Position numbers and translations under genes: made by a program. Positions 7,880 through 16,223 of a stretch of 64,000 nucleotides of DNA are shown here, piece by piece (within the stretch, counting starts at the first letter, position 1; each line of letters starts with the position of its first letter). This DNA is from Desulfobacterales bacterium (GTDB lineage: Bacteria; Desulfobacterota; Desulfobacteria; Desulfobacterales; UBA5852): positions 192,001 to 256,000 of the forward strand of contig CAXXVS010000002.1 in NCBI GenBank assembly GCA_963674755.2, in the 5' to 3' direction. The notes beneath the pieces were generated by a model. That model made no database searches and was not told the origin of the DNA. It saw nothing but the letters and a program-made list of their open reading frames with translations.

Positions 7880-10561
7880 TTAACAACAGGACGGATCGAT
7901 CAGGCGCCGGGCAAAATTCACTTCATCTTGGCGGGTCTCCAGGTGGCCATTCAGCTTTTGGTGAAGAATGGCATCCAAAATTTCCCGGTAACGGGGGCCG
8001 GGGCGAAGTCCCATAGCGCGCAGGTCTTTGCCCTTCAACAAGGGATGCACAAACCGCAGATGAACACAATAATGTGAAATCGCCTTTCGCACCCGTTCCG
8101 TTCGGGCGGTGGCCATCATATAGAGCACCAGTTCAGTCCGAAAGGGGGACAGCCGACGATATAGCTGGCTGTTGTCCGGCTGCTGGTCGCGTTCCAGGAT
8201 AGCCAGGCTTTTTTCCGCCGTAAAACGCTCCTTGCCGAATATGGCCTGCAATCGTGGTGCCAGTTCGAACCGCTGGCAGATCTCCATCGTGATCGCCGCG
8301 TCGCACGGCTGGATCAGTCCCATAAAATAAACGGCCCACTTCATATAGGATTCTTCCAGAAAAAGCAAATCATACCACGACACGACCTTCTTGATAGAAG
8401 TGAACAGCCGGGCCATGTCCTCTGTGAGTTCGATGGAAGGGTGGACCACTTTCAGCAGGTCAAAATCCTTGAGCCGGACAACGGCCGGAGCAGGGTTCTC
8501 TTCGGCCAGGATTTGACGCAATTCCGAGAACACCCGTTTGCCGCTCAAGCGTTGAAAGAAGTCCATACGAACGGCATTGCGAATCAGATTGGCCGTTAGT
8601 TTGCCGATGGTGAACCCGAAACGCTGCTCGAAGCGAATGGCCCGGAAAGCACGCGTGGGGTCTTCCACAAAGCTCAGATTGTGAAGGACGCGGACGGTTT
8701 TTTCCTTGAGGTCTTTTTGGGCCGTAAAAAAGTCGATCAGCGTGCCGAACTTTCCCGGGTTCAGGTGGATGCAAAGGGTATTGATGGTGAAATCCCGGCG
8801 AAAAAGGTCCAATTTAAGGGAACTCATCTCCACGGTGGGAAGGGCCGCCGGGAACTTGTAATACTCCATCCGGGCGGAAGCGATATCGAGCTTGAAACCA
8901 TCCGGGAAAATCACGACCGCGGTGCCGAATTTGGCGTGTGTATGAAGCCGCGCTTGCATTTCAAGGGCGAATTGGCGGGCAAAGGCGATCCCGTCGCCTT
9001 CGATGACGATATCAACGTCTTCATTGCGGCGATAGAGAAACAGGTCACGCACAAACCCCCCGATGGCATAGGCATTGAAATCGAGCGTTGCGGCGGTTTT
9101 CCCGATGTTTTGCAAAAGGGTGAGCAAGTGATCGTCCAGGCGTTCCCGCATGAATTTGGCGATGACGCGTGTCCGGGCATGGACCGTGAGCGATCCTGTC
9201 CCATCAGCCCCATTCTTTGATCGATCCTGGTTTCGGACGAGCAGATTGAGAAGATCGGTCCGCGTGATAACCCCCACAACCCCTGACGGAGTCACCACAG
9301 GCAGAATGCGCTGTTTGTTTTCAATAATTTTTTCCTGAATTTCGTCGAGGTCGGCATTGGGACCGACCTGCGCAATGTCGGTGGTCATATAGTCGGCCAC
9401 CTTGACATCGTCCAGGTGATGGTAGAGGGCCTTTTCAATCACCTGGCGGGTGATATACCCCAGCAGTTCATTCTTCCCCCGGTTGGTTCGGGTTGCGAGC
9501 AAGGCATTGATATTGTAGCGGTTCAGTAATTCGGCCGCCTGCCTACAGGTCAAATCGGCATCCACCGTGATGGGGGGCGCCGACATGACGTCCGCGGCTT
9601 TGCGACGGGGTTGGACCCTGTTGTAAAGCGTATCCACCAATTCATGCTCGGTCTGTGCCAGTGTTTTTTTCTTGACCGAGGCCGCCGCGGCATAGGCGTG
9701 GCCGCCGCCGCCAAAATCGGCCAATATCAGGGCCGTGTTTACCTCCTCAACGCGACTGCGGGCCACGATATGAATTTTGTTGTCCATGCGCGCAATGGCA
9801 AAAATGGCATCGATGTTTTCCATACGCATCATTTTGTGGACCAGAAAGGCAAAGTCCGGAACGTAGTGGCGTGTTGTGACGCTGGTGACCACGATTTCAA
9901 CGCCGTGGATATGGTGGCGGACCGCTCTTTGCAAAAGGTCGTTCAGGATGCCGACTTGTTCGGGCGTGATTTCACGGGTTATGAGGTCGTTGATGGTATT
10001 TAGATTCGCGCCTTGGGTGAGAAGCCAGGCTGCGGCTTTCAAATCACGCGCGGTCGTGGAAGGGAAGGTGAAGGCGCCCGTGTCTTCGTAAATACCGAGT
10101 CCCATGATGGTGGCCTCGTCGGCCGAGATGGCCAATTCCCTTTGGCAGATCATTTCCACTAGCAAGGTGACGCAGGCGCCGGTGTTTTCATGGACGACGA
10201 ATTGTCCTTCGATATCGTTCGCGGCGGGAGGATGGTGATCAAAAATATGGATTGCCACGGCCGGATCTTTCAGCAGACGTGCCATTTCCCCAATGCGTTT
10301 CGTCTGCCGGGTGTCAACCAAGACGAGGGTTTTGACCTGGGTAAAATCGATATCTTTGATATCGGCCATATTAAAGAGGTAGGCCATTGAGTTGACAAAA
10401 AAATTTCGCAGATTGGTCTCTTGTGAGCCGGGAAAGACGACCACGGCGTCGGCGTACAGTTTTTGGGCGGCCAACAATGAGGCCACGGCATCAAAGTCGG
10501 CATTGATGTGGGTGGTGATAACGGTCAGGTGCCTGTTTAATGGCGTATGGTCGTTGGTCAC
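7880..10561 (-). CDS. tRNA nucleotidyltransferase with DHH-DHHA1 and CBS domains (probable A-adding type); start uncertain (ORF extends to 10672)
   Basis: HINADFD, DHH and GGGHAYAA motifs, CBS pair, then GGFVRD..DVDI, DLFRRDFTIN and EDPTR class II nucleotidyltransferase motifs. Confidence 0.88.
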   Translation of the reverse strand: MTNDHTPLNRHLTVITTHINADFDAVASLLAAQKLYADAVVVFPGSQETNLRNFFVNSMAYLFNMADIKDIDFTQVKTLVLVDTRQTKRIGEMARLLKDPAVAIHIFDHHPPAANDIEGQFVVHENTGACVTLLVEMICQRELAISADEATIMGLGIYEDTGAFTFPSTTARDLKAAAWLLTQGANLNTINDLITREITPEQVGILNDLLQRAVRHHIHGVEIVVTSVTTRHYVPDFAFLVHKMMRMENIDAIFAIARMDNKIHIVARSRVEEVNTALILADFGGGGHAYAAAASVKKKTLAQTEHELVDTLYNRVQPRRKAADVMSAPPITVDADLTCRQAAELLNRYNINALLATRTNRGKNELLGYITRQVIEKALYHHLDDVKVADYMTTDIAQVGPNADLDEIQEKIIENKQRILPVVTPSGVVGVITRTDLLNLLVRNQDRSKNGADGTGSLTVHARTRVIAKFMRERLDDHLLTLLQNIGKTAATLDFNAYAIGGFVRDLFLYRRNEDVDIVIEGDGIAFARQFALEMQARLHTHAKFGTAVVIFPDGFKLDIASARMEYYKFPAALPTVEMSSLKLDLFRRDFTINTLCIHLNPGKFGTLIDFFTAQKDLKEKTVRVLHNLSFVEDPTRAFRAIRFEQRFGFTIGKLTANLIRNAVRMDFFQRLSGKRVFSELRQILAEENPAPAVVRLKDFDLLKVVHPSIELTEDMARLFTSIKKVVSWYDLLFLEESYMKWAVYFMGLIQPCDAAITMEICQRFELAPRLQAIFGKERFTAEKSLAILERDQQPDNSQLYRRLSPFRTELVLYMMATARTERVRKAISHYCVHLRFVHPLLKGKDLRAMGLRPGPRYREILDAILHQKLNGHLETRQDEVNFARRLIDPSCC

Positions 10562-10687
10562 GGGGTTACTCGATGTTGATCTGTGCTGGTGATGTCGCTC
10601 TCGCGACGAATCAGTCTTTGAGTGCAATGGACCTATGGACAGACATGTGACATAGAAAGCATGCTGAATCAAGTTTTGATGGAAGAA

Positions 10688-10717
10688 TTGACAAACCCTA
10701 TAAAATTTTAGTATTTT
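10688..10717 (+). promoter_or_regulatory. Probable sigma70 promoter for pilC
   Basis: TTGACA (10688-10693), 18-nt AT-rich spacer, TATTTT (10712-10717) in a divergent intergenic region. Confidence 0.5.
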
Positions 10718-10905
10718 AAGAACTTATGATGGTGGTTGCTGCGTCGCATGCGGTTATCCTTGTTGGATGCGCAGCGAATTGAAGAACAGACACCAGAGGC
10801 CGTGATGGCCCTGGCCCGTGGGGATAGAAGCGCCAGTCCATCCGGTTTGCAACGAAGCCTACAAACGTCATCGATTTTTCCCCAATGCTATGAGGAGGAT
10901 ATAGA

Positions 10906-12114
10906 ATGCCGGTCTACCTTTGGACGGGAAAGAACAGAAAAGGCGATACCCAGAAGGGGGAGATGGAAGCCGCCAATGAAAATGCGGTCCGGAATCATCT
11001 GACCCGATTAAAGATCACACCGGTCAGGATTAAAAAGAAGCCCAAAGACCTGCTGGAAAACGTCTCTTTTCTGCAACCAGGCGTCAAACAGAATGACGTC
11101 ATCTTGTTTTGCCGGCAGTTTTCGACGATGATCGATGCGGGCCTCCCTATCATTCAATGCCTCGATATCTTGCACAGCCAGCAAGAAAATCTGACTTTCA
11201 AGAAGATGCTGAAGAGCATCAAGGATAATGTAGAGAGCGGCAGTACCTTGGCCGAGGCATTGAAGGCTTATCCCAAACAATTCGACGATTTGTTTGTCAA
11301 CATGATACACGCCGGGGAAATGGGGGGTATTCTGGATACCATTCTCAGGCGATTGTCCACTTATATGGAAAAGGCGGCCAATTTAAAGCGCAAAGTCAAG
11401 GGCGCCATGACCTACCCTATCGTGACTCTGCTGATCGCCGTCGTGGTATTGGCGGTCATTCTTATTTTCGTAATCCCCGTGTTCCAGGAGATGTTCGCCG
11501 ATTTTGATTCCGAATTGCCGGTTCCGACGCAAATTGTCGTGGCCATGAGTGACTTTGCCAAGGCCAATTTCTTGTATGTATTGGTCGCGCTGGTATTGTT
11601 CGGTTTTGCCTTCCGGCGGTTCTACCGTACGGAAAAAGGGCGGGCCGTTGTCGATCGGACCCTTCTCCGGCTGCCCGTTTTCGGCGATTTGTTGCGAAAA
11701 GTGGCCGTGGCCAAATTTACGCGAACCATGGGTACCATGCTTTCCAGTGGCGTGGCCATTCTGGAGGCCCTCGATATCGTCGGTAAAACCGCCGGTAATA
11801 AAACCATTGAAGAGGCCATCATGAAAACGCGCAGCGGCATTTCCGAAGGTCGCACGATGGCGGACCCTCTGACCGAGAGCGGTGTTTTCCCGTCGATGGT
11901 GTGCCAAATGATATCCGTTGGGGAAGCGACTGGCGCGTTGGATGCCATGTTGGGCAAAATCGCCGATTTTTATGATGAGGAAGTCGATCAGTCCGTCGAA
12001 AACCTTACGGCCCTGATCGAGCCGTTCATGTTGGTATTCCTCGGAGTGACCATCGGCGGCCTGGTGGTGGCCATGTATCTGCCCATTTTCAAGATGGCCG
12101 GCGCCATTTCCTAA
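10906..12114 (+). CDS. pilC: Type IV pilus platform protein PilC (T2SS F family)
   Basis: FCRQFSTMIDAGLP, AGEMGG.LD, AMTYP, VGEATGALD.ML, AMYLPIFKM; RBS gaggag. Confidence 0.95.
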   Translation: MPVYLWTGKNRKGDTQKGEMEAANENAVRNHLTRLKITPVRIKKKPKDLLENVSFLQPGVKQNDVILFCRQFSTMIDAGLPIIQCLDILHSQQENLTFKKMLKSIKDNVESGSTLAEALKAYPKQFDDLFVNMIHAGEMGGILDTILRRLSTYMEKAANLKRKVKGAMTYPIVTLLIAVVVLAVILIFVIPVFQEMFADFDSELPVPTQIVVAMSDFAKANFLYVLVALVLFGFAFRRFYRTEKGRAVVDRTLLRLPVFGDLLRKVAVAKFTRTMGTMLSSGVAILEALDIVGKTAGNKTIEEAIMKTRSGISEGRTMADPLTESGVFPSMVCQMISVGEATGALDAMLGKIADFYDEEVDQSVENLTALIEPFMLVFLGVTIGGLVVAMYLPIFKMAGAIS

Positions 12115-12314
12115 TGCGCGTCCGTAAATTGTATCTTTTGGCTCCTGGCGGCGTTCTTGCCTCCTGTCGGTCCTCGGCGCAGCCGGGTTACACCTGTGGG
12201 CGCTCGTCGGCTGCGGTTTTGTCGAGCACAGATGTGTTCAAAGAATCAGACGTGAAATCCCGCGCTGTGCGGCGGGACCAGGAACCAAAATCGACAGCCT
12301 CTGGATGGGCAATA
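12112..12314. repeat. ~200-bp palindromic MITE/REP-like element with degenerate 37-bp terminal inverted repeats
   Basis: Left end 12112-12148 matches the reverse complement of 12278-12314 at 25/37 positions (12/13 in the inner ttttggYtcctgg block); TA at both ends. Confidence 0.55.
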
Positions 12315-12606
12315 CCTAAACAACAGTCATGGCTTCGTGACGCGCATATTTTCCGGACCGGATTCGTGCGTACACCCTTCTTTGAAAGGGGCGCCTAGGC
12401 GGGGTGTTGAATCGCTGAGGAGATGAAGAGCTGCACCGACCCGATGTGCTTAGGGAGAAAGGCGCCTTCCGTTCTCTCCCCCTTTACCAACGGGTCGGGT
12501 CGTCCATGGCCCTTCTATCTCCATGGCCCCCGCTTTCCGGCCGGCCAGAGCGCTAACGGCAAGAGAGGCGTGTTCGCATGGTAAGGCCATGCTGAAATCG
12601 GGGTCC

Positions 12607-13911
12607 ATGAATCTCTCCCAAGAAGCCCATCAGGAACTGAAGCAAAAGCTGCGCTGGTTGATCTTTTCGAGAGTCATTTTTACAACACTCTTGTTGGGGT
12701 CGACCCTGTTTATCCATATCAATCAGCCCTATCCGGCTGCCGAACCTCCTCTTCACACACTCTACGGTATCATATTCGTTCTGTTCGGATTATCCTTTTT
12801 CTATGCCCTTATCCGTTCCCACATTCAACGGGATGAGCTTTTTGCCTATGTCCAGGTTTCCATCGACAGTGTGGTGGTAACTTTTGTTATTTTCGTGACG
12901 GGCAGTTTTGGCAGTGTTTTCTCCTTCCTCTATTTGGTCATTATCATTTACACCAGTATGCTGCTCTATCGGAAGGGCAGCATCATCATCGCTTCGTTAT
13001 GCAGTCTGTTATATTTTTCATTGTTGCAGGCTGAATATCTGGGCTGGGTTCACCCCTTTGATTTTCGCAACACCATCGCCACTTCCTATTATGACTGGCA
13101 GTATGTTCTCTACAAAGTCGTTATAACGGCCATGGCCTGTTTCGCAGTTGCATTTCTTAGCAGCCTTCTGGCTGAGCAAGCACGGCGAACACGCAAAGAA
13201 CTCTATGCCATGAGCGCCCGGGTTCAACGGGTCGAGAAAATGGCCGCCGTTGGTGAAATGGGTGCCGGACTGGCGCATGAGATTAAAAACCCCTTGGCAT
13301 CCATTACCGGGTGTATCCAACTTTTACGCGATGAACTGCCCTATGACGCCGGGCGGGATAAATTGATGCGAATCGTCCTGCGGGAAGCGGACCGCCTGAG
13401 CGCGCTGGTAGGCAACTTCCTGCTGTTTGCACGCCCGCCTTCAGGCAAGAGCAGCCCCATTTCGCTCGATCAAGCCATACCCGAAACGATCAGCCTTTTT
13501 GAAAAGGATGAGCGCTGTCGCGATCGTATTACGATCCGACAAAGCGGACAAAAAGGGTTGTGGGTCGCGATGGATCCGGATCATTTCCGACAGGTATTGT
13601 GGAACTTGTTGCTGAATGCGGTCGAAGCCATCAAGGAAAACGGTTGGATCGATATACGGGTTGATGCCACGAAGGCCAAACAGGTCAACATCCGCATCAC
13701 GGATAGCGGATGCGGCATTCCCCCCGAGAACCTCAGCCATATTTTCGATCCTTTTTTTACCAGCAAACCCGACGGCACGGGGTTGGGGCTTTCCATCGTC
13801 CATACCATCCTCGAATCCCATGGCGGTTGGCTGGAAGTGGAGAGTGAGGATGGCCGGGGGACGACCTTCACCGTTAAGCTGACACGGTTGACATTACCGC
13901 CCGTTGGTTGA
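12607..13911 (+). CDS. pilS: PilS-like membrane sensor histidine kinase
   Basis: Multi-TM N-terminus as in deltaproteobacterial PilS; AHEIKNPL H-box, NLLLNA, DSGCGI, PFFTSK..GTGLGL; follows pilC. Start uncertain. Confidence 0.8.
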   Translation: MNLSQEAHQELKQKLRWLIFSRVIFTTLLLGSTLFIHINQPYPAAEPPLHTLYGIIFVLFGLSFFYALIRSHIQRDELFAYVQVSIDSVVVTFVIFVTGSFGSVFSFLYLVIIIYTSMLLYRKGSIIIASLCSLLYFSLLQAEYLGWVHPFDFRNTIATSYYDWQYVLYKVVITAMACFAVAFLSSLLAEQARRTRKELYAMSARVQRVEKMAAVGEMGAGLAHEIKNPLASITGCIQLLRDELPYDAGRDKLMRIVLREADRLSALVGNFLLFARPPSGKSSPISLDQAIPETISLFEKDERCRDRITIRQSGQKGLWVAMDPDHFRQVLWNLLLNAVEAIKENGWIDIRVDATKAKQVNIRITDSGCGIPPENLSHIFDPFFTSKPDGTGLGLSIVHTILESHGGWLEVESEDGRGTTFTVKLTRLTLPPVG

Positions 13912-13947
13912 CTCTTTCGTGAAAATGGTTTAATTAGCCCGTTCATA

Positions 13948-13995
13948 CCCATTCTTATAATGAGGTGTAACTCTTTGTAAGAATGGGATTTTTTT
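13948..13995 (+). terminator. Possible intrinsic terminator after pilS
   Basis: cccattctta (13948-13957) / taagaatggg (13978-13987) followed by a T7 run; the 20-nt loop is unusually long. Confidence 0.4.
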
Positions 13996-14107
13996 GTCTT
14001 AGAATTCAAAAAAGCTTGCGCGGACGCACGGACGTGTGGATAGGCAGCGAGTGGTTGCTTCGCAAATGGGTTTTCACATACGTGTAAGCGATTTGAATGC
14101 CCCCCGA

Positions 14108-14136
14108 TTGACCCCGGTGCCTGAATTGCCTATAAG
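14108..14136 (+). promoter_or_regulatory. Possible sigma70 promoter of the lol/bam/lpx operon
   Basis: TTGACC-17 nt-TATAAG upstream of lolC. Confidence 0.4.
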
Positions 14137-14273
14137 CCTCCCATAGGCCATGGGCTAATTTAAGGCCGCCATGGATATCATGCACAGATATTCGGATGGA
14201 AAGCTCCGCGGCTCTCGCCCGGACTGCGATGTGAAGTGCCCTATCGTGAGTGGTGACAGGTGATGTGATCTGA

Positions 14274-15509
14274 ATGGGATTTGAATTTTATATCGGGAAA
14301 CGCTACCTCCGGGCGCGGCGTGCGCAAGGTTTTATTTCCCTTATCAGCATCCTTTCCACGGCCGGGGTGACGGTCGGGGTGATGGCCCTCATTGTCGTCA
14401 TTGCTGTCATGACCGGGGCTCAGGCCGAATTCCGTTCCCGTATTTTAGGGGTCGACTCCCACGCCATCGTCATGCGCTATGGTGGTGATATCGCCAATTA
14501 CCGTAGTATGATCGATCAAATTAAGCAGGAAAAAGGGGTGCTATCGGCCCGCCCCTTCATTTACACCCAGTCCATGCTGCGCTCGGCCACGGGTTCTTCC
14601 GGTGCTGTATTGAAGGGGGTTGATCCCCCCTCGAAGACCGAAGCCTCCATCGACGGCATAGGCGAAGCCTTGCGAGAATTGTACGCCCCCCAGCAAGGTG
14701 ACGCGGATGCCCATGGGGTGATGCCCATCGTACTCGGCAAGGAGCTGGGACGAAAACTCGGTGTTACGGAGGGGGACACGGTTTACGTCATTTCTTTTCG
14801 TGGCATGGTTTCCCCGATCGGACATATCCCCACCATGACCAGGTTTCGAGTCGTGGGTTTTTTTGCTTCGGGCATGTATCAGTTCGATGAAGCCTATGCA
14901 TTCATACGGCTGGCCGATGCCCAGCGCATTCTGAAAATGGGCGACAAGGTCAGCGGTATCGAAATCAGGGTCAAGGATATTTATCAGGCCGATAAAATAG
15001 CCGCACAGATCAAAGAGAAATTGGGATTCCCTTACTGGACCAAAGACTGGATGCAGATGAACGCCAACCTTTTTTTCGCCCTCAAGCTCGAAAAAACGGC
15101 CATGTTCATCATCCTGACATTGATCGTGCTGGTGGCGGCGTTCAATATCGCCAGCACGCTTATTATGATGGTCATGAAAAAAACCAAGGACATTGCCATT
15201 CTGAAGGCTATGGGCGCCACCGACGGCAGCATCATGCGCATTTTCGTCATTAAAGGAATGGTGATCGGTGGATTCGGCACGCTTCTAGGCGTTCTTTTGG
15301 GGACCGCCATCTGTTATGTGTTGAAGCATTATCCCTTCATCAAACTGCCCGGCAATATATACTATTTTACGACCCTGCCGGTTCAGTTGCAGTTTTTTGA
15401 TGTCCTGACCATTGCGTTGGCGGCCATGGGGATTTGTTTTCTGGCAACCTTATACCCGGCAAAACAGGCGGCACGCTTGAATCCCGTCGATGCCATTCGT
15501 TATGGTTAA
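14274..15509 (+). CDS. lolC: Lipoprotein-releasing ABC permease (LolC/E family; single copy, LolF-type arrangement)
   Basis: RYLR..FIS.IS, VAAFNIASTLIMMV.KK..DIAILKAMGA, ATLYPA..AA.L.P motifs. Confidence 0.9.
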   Translation: MGFEFYIGKRYLRARRAQGFISLISILSTAGVTVGVMALIVVIAVMTGAQAEFRSRILGVDSHAIVMRYGGDIANYRSMIDQIKQEKGVLSARPFIYTQSMLRSATGSSGAVLKGVDPPSKTEASIDGIGEALRELYAPQQGDADAHGVMPIVLGKELGRKLGVTEGDTVYVISFRGMVSPIGHIPTMTRFRVVGFFASGMYQFDEAYAFIRLADAQRILKMGDKVSGIEIRVKDIYQADKIAAQIKEKLGFPYWTKDWMQMNANLFFALKLEKTAMFIILTLIVLVAAFNIASTLIMMVMKKTKDIAILKAMGATDGSIMRIFVIKGMVIGGFGTLLGVLLGTAICYVLKHYPFIKLPGNIYYFTTLPVQLQFFDVLTIALAAMGICFLATLYPAKQAARLNPVDAIRYG

Positions 15510-15521
15510 GGGGATGAGACA

Positions 15522-16211
15522 TTGACGGGGCAGACTATTGTCACGATCGAAGGCCTGTCAAAACGTTATCCGACGGCGACCGGCCGACCGATCGAAATTC
15601 TCAAGGCTGTCGATCTCGAGCTCAATCGGGGCGATTCATTGGCGGTGGTCGGCGCTTCGGGGATCGGCAAATCCACTCTTTTACAGATTCTTGGCACCCT
15701 CGATCGTCCCAACAACGGTCGAATGTTCTTCCAAGGGGTCGATGTTTTCCGGTTGAACAAAGACCAGTTGGCCCGGCTCCGGAATCAGTCCATAGGATTT
15801 GTGTTTCAATTTCATCACCTGTTGCCTGAATTTACCGCGGTTGAGAATGTGATGATGCCGATGCTCATCGCAGGCCACAAACGGCGAGAAGCCTATCGCG
15901 AGTCCAGGCATATCCTGGAACGCGTGGGGCTTGATGAACGTATCGATCATCGTGTGACGGACTTATCTGGAGGCGAACAGCAGCGTGTGGCTCTGGCACG
16001 GGCGTTGATCCTAGGTCCGGCCTTGTTGCTGGCCGACGAACCGACGGGCAATCTCGACAAACAGACCGGAAAGCAGATTCATGAACTGCTCTTGGAGCTG
16101 AATCGTGAAATGCAGATGACGATGGTGGTCGTCACGCATAATCCTGAGCTCGCAGCCCTTTTATCCAGAAGCGTCACGATTGTGGACGGTAAATTGATCG
16201 AATTGAATTGA
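15522..16211 (+). CDS. lolD: Lipoprotein-releasing ABC ATPase
   Basis: [41 protein letters not shown]. Confidence 0.93.
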   Translation: MTGQTIVTIEGLSKRYPTATGRPIEILKAVDLELNRGDSLAVVGASGIGKSTLLQILGTLDRPNNGRMFFQGVDVFRLNKDQLARLRNQSIGFVFQFHHLLPEFTAVENVMMPMLIAGHKRREAYRESRHILERVGLDERIDHRVTDLSGGEQQRVALARALILGPALLLADEPTGNLDKQTGKQIHELLLELNREMQMTMVVVTHNPELAALLSRSVTIVDGKLIELN

Positions 16212-16223
16212 GGAGTCTGGATA

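Noticed and set aside
10720..10905. c-di-GMP/c-GAMP (GEMM) riboswitch upstream of pilC
   Set aside because: Could not find the GEMM P1/P2 consensus (GNRA loop with GCAAA/receptor elements).
12114..12398. 94-aa ORF after pilC
   Set aside because: Lies over the palindromic repeat element; no recognisable protein features.
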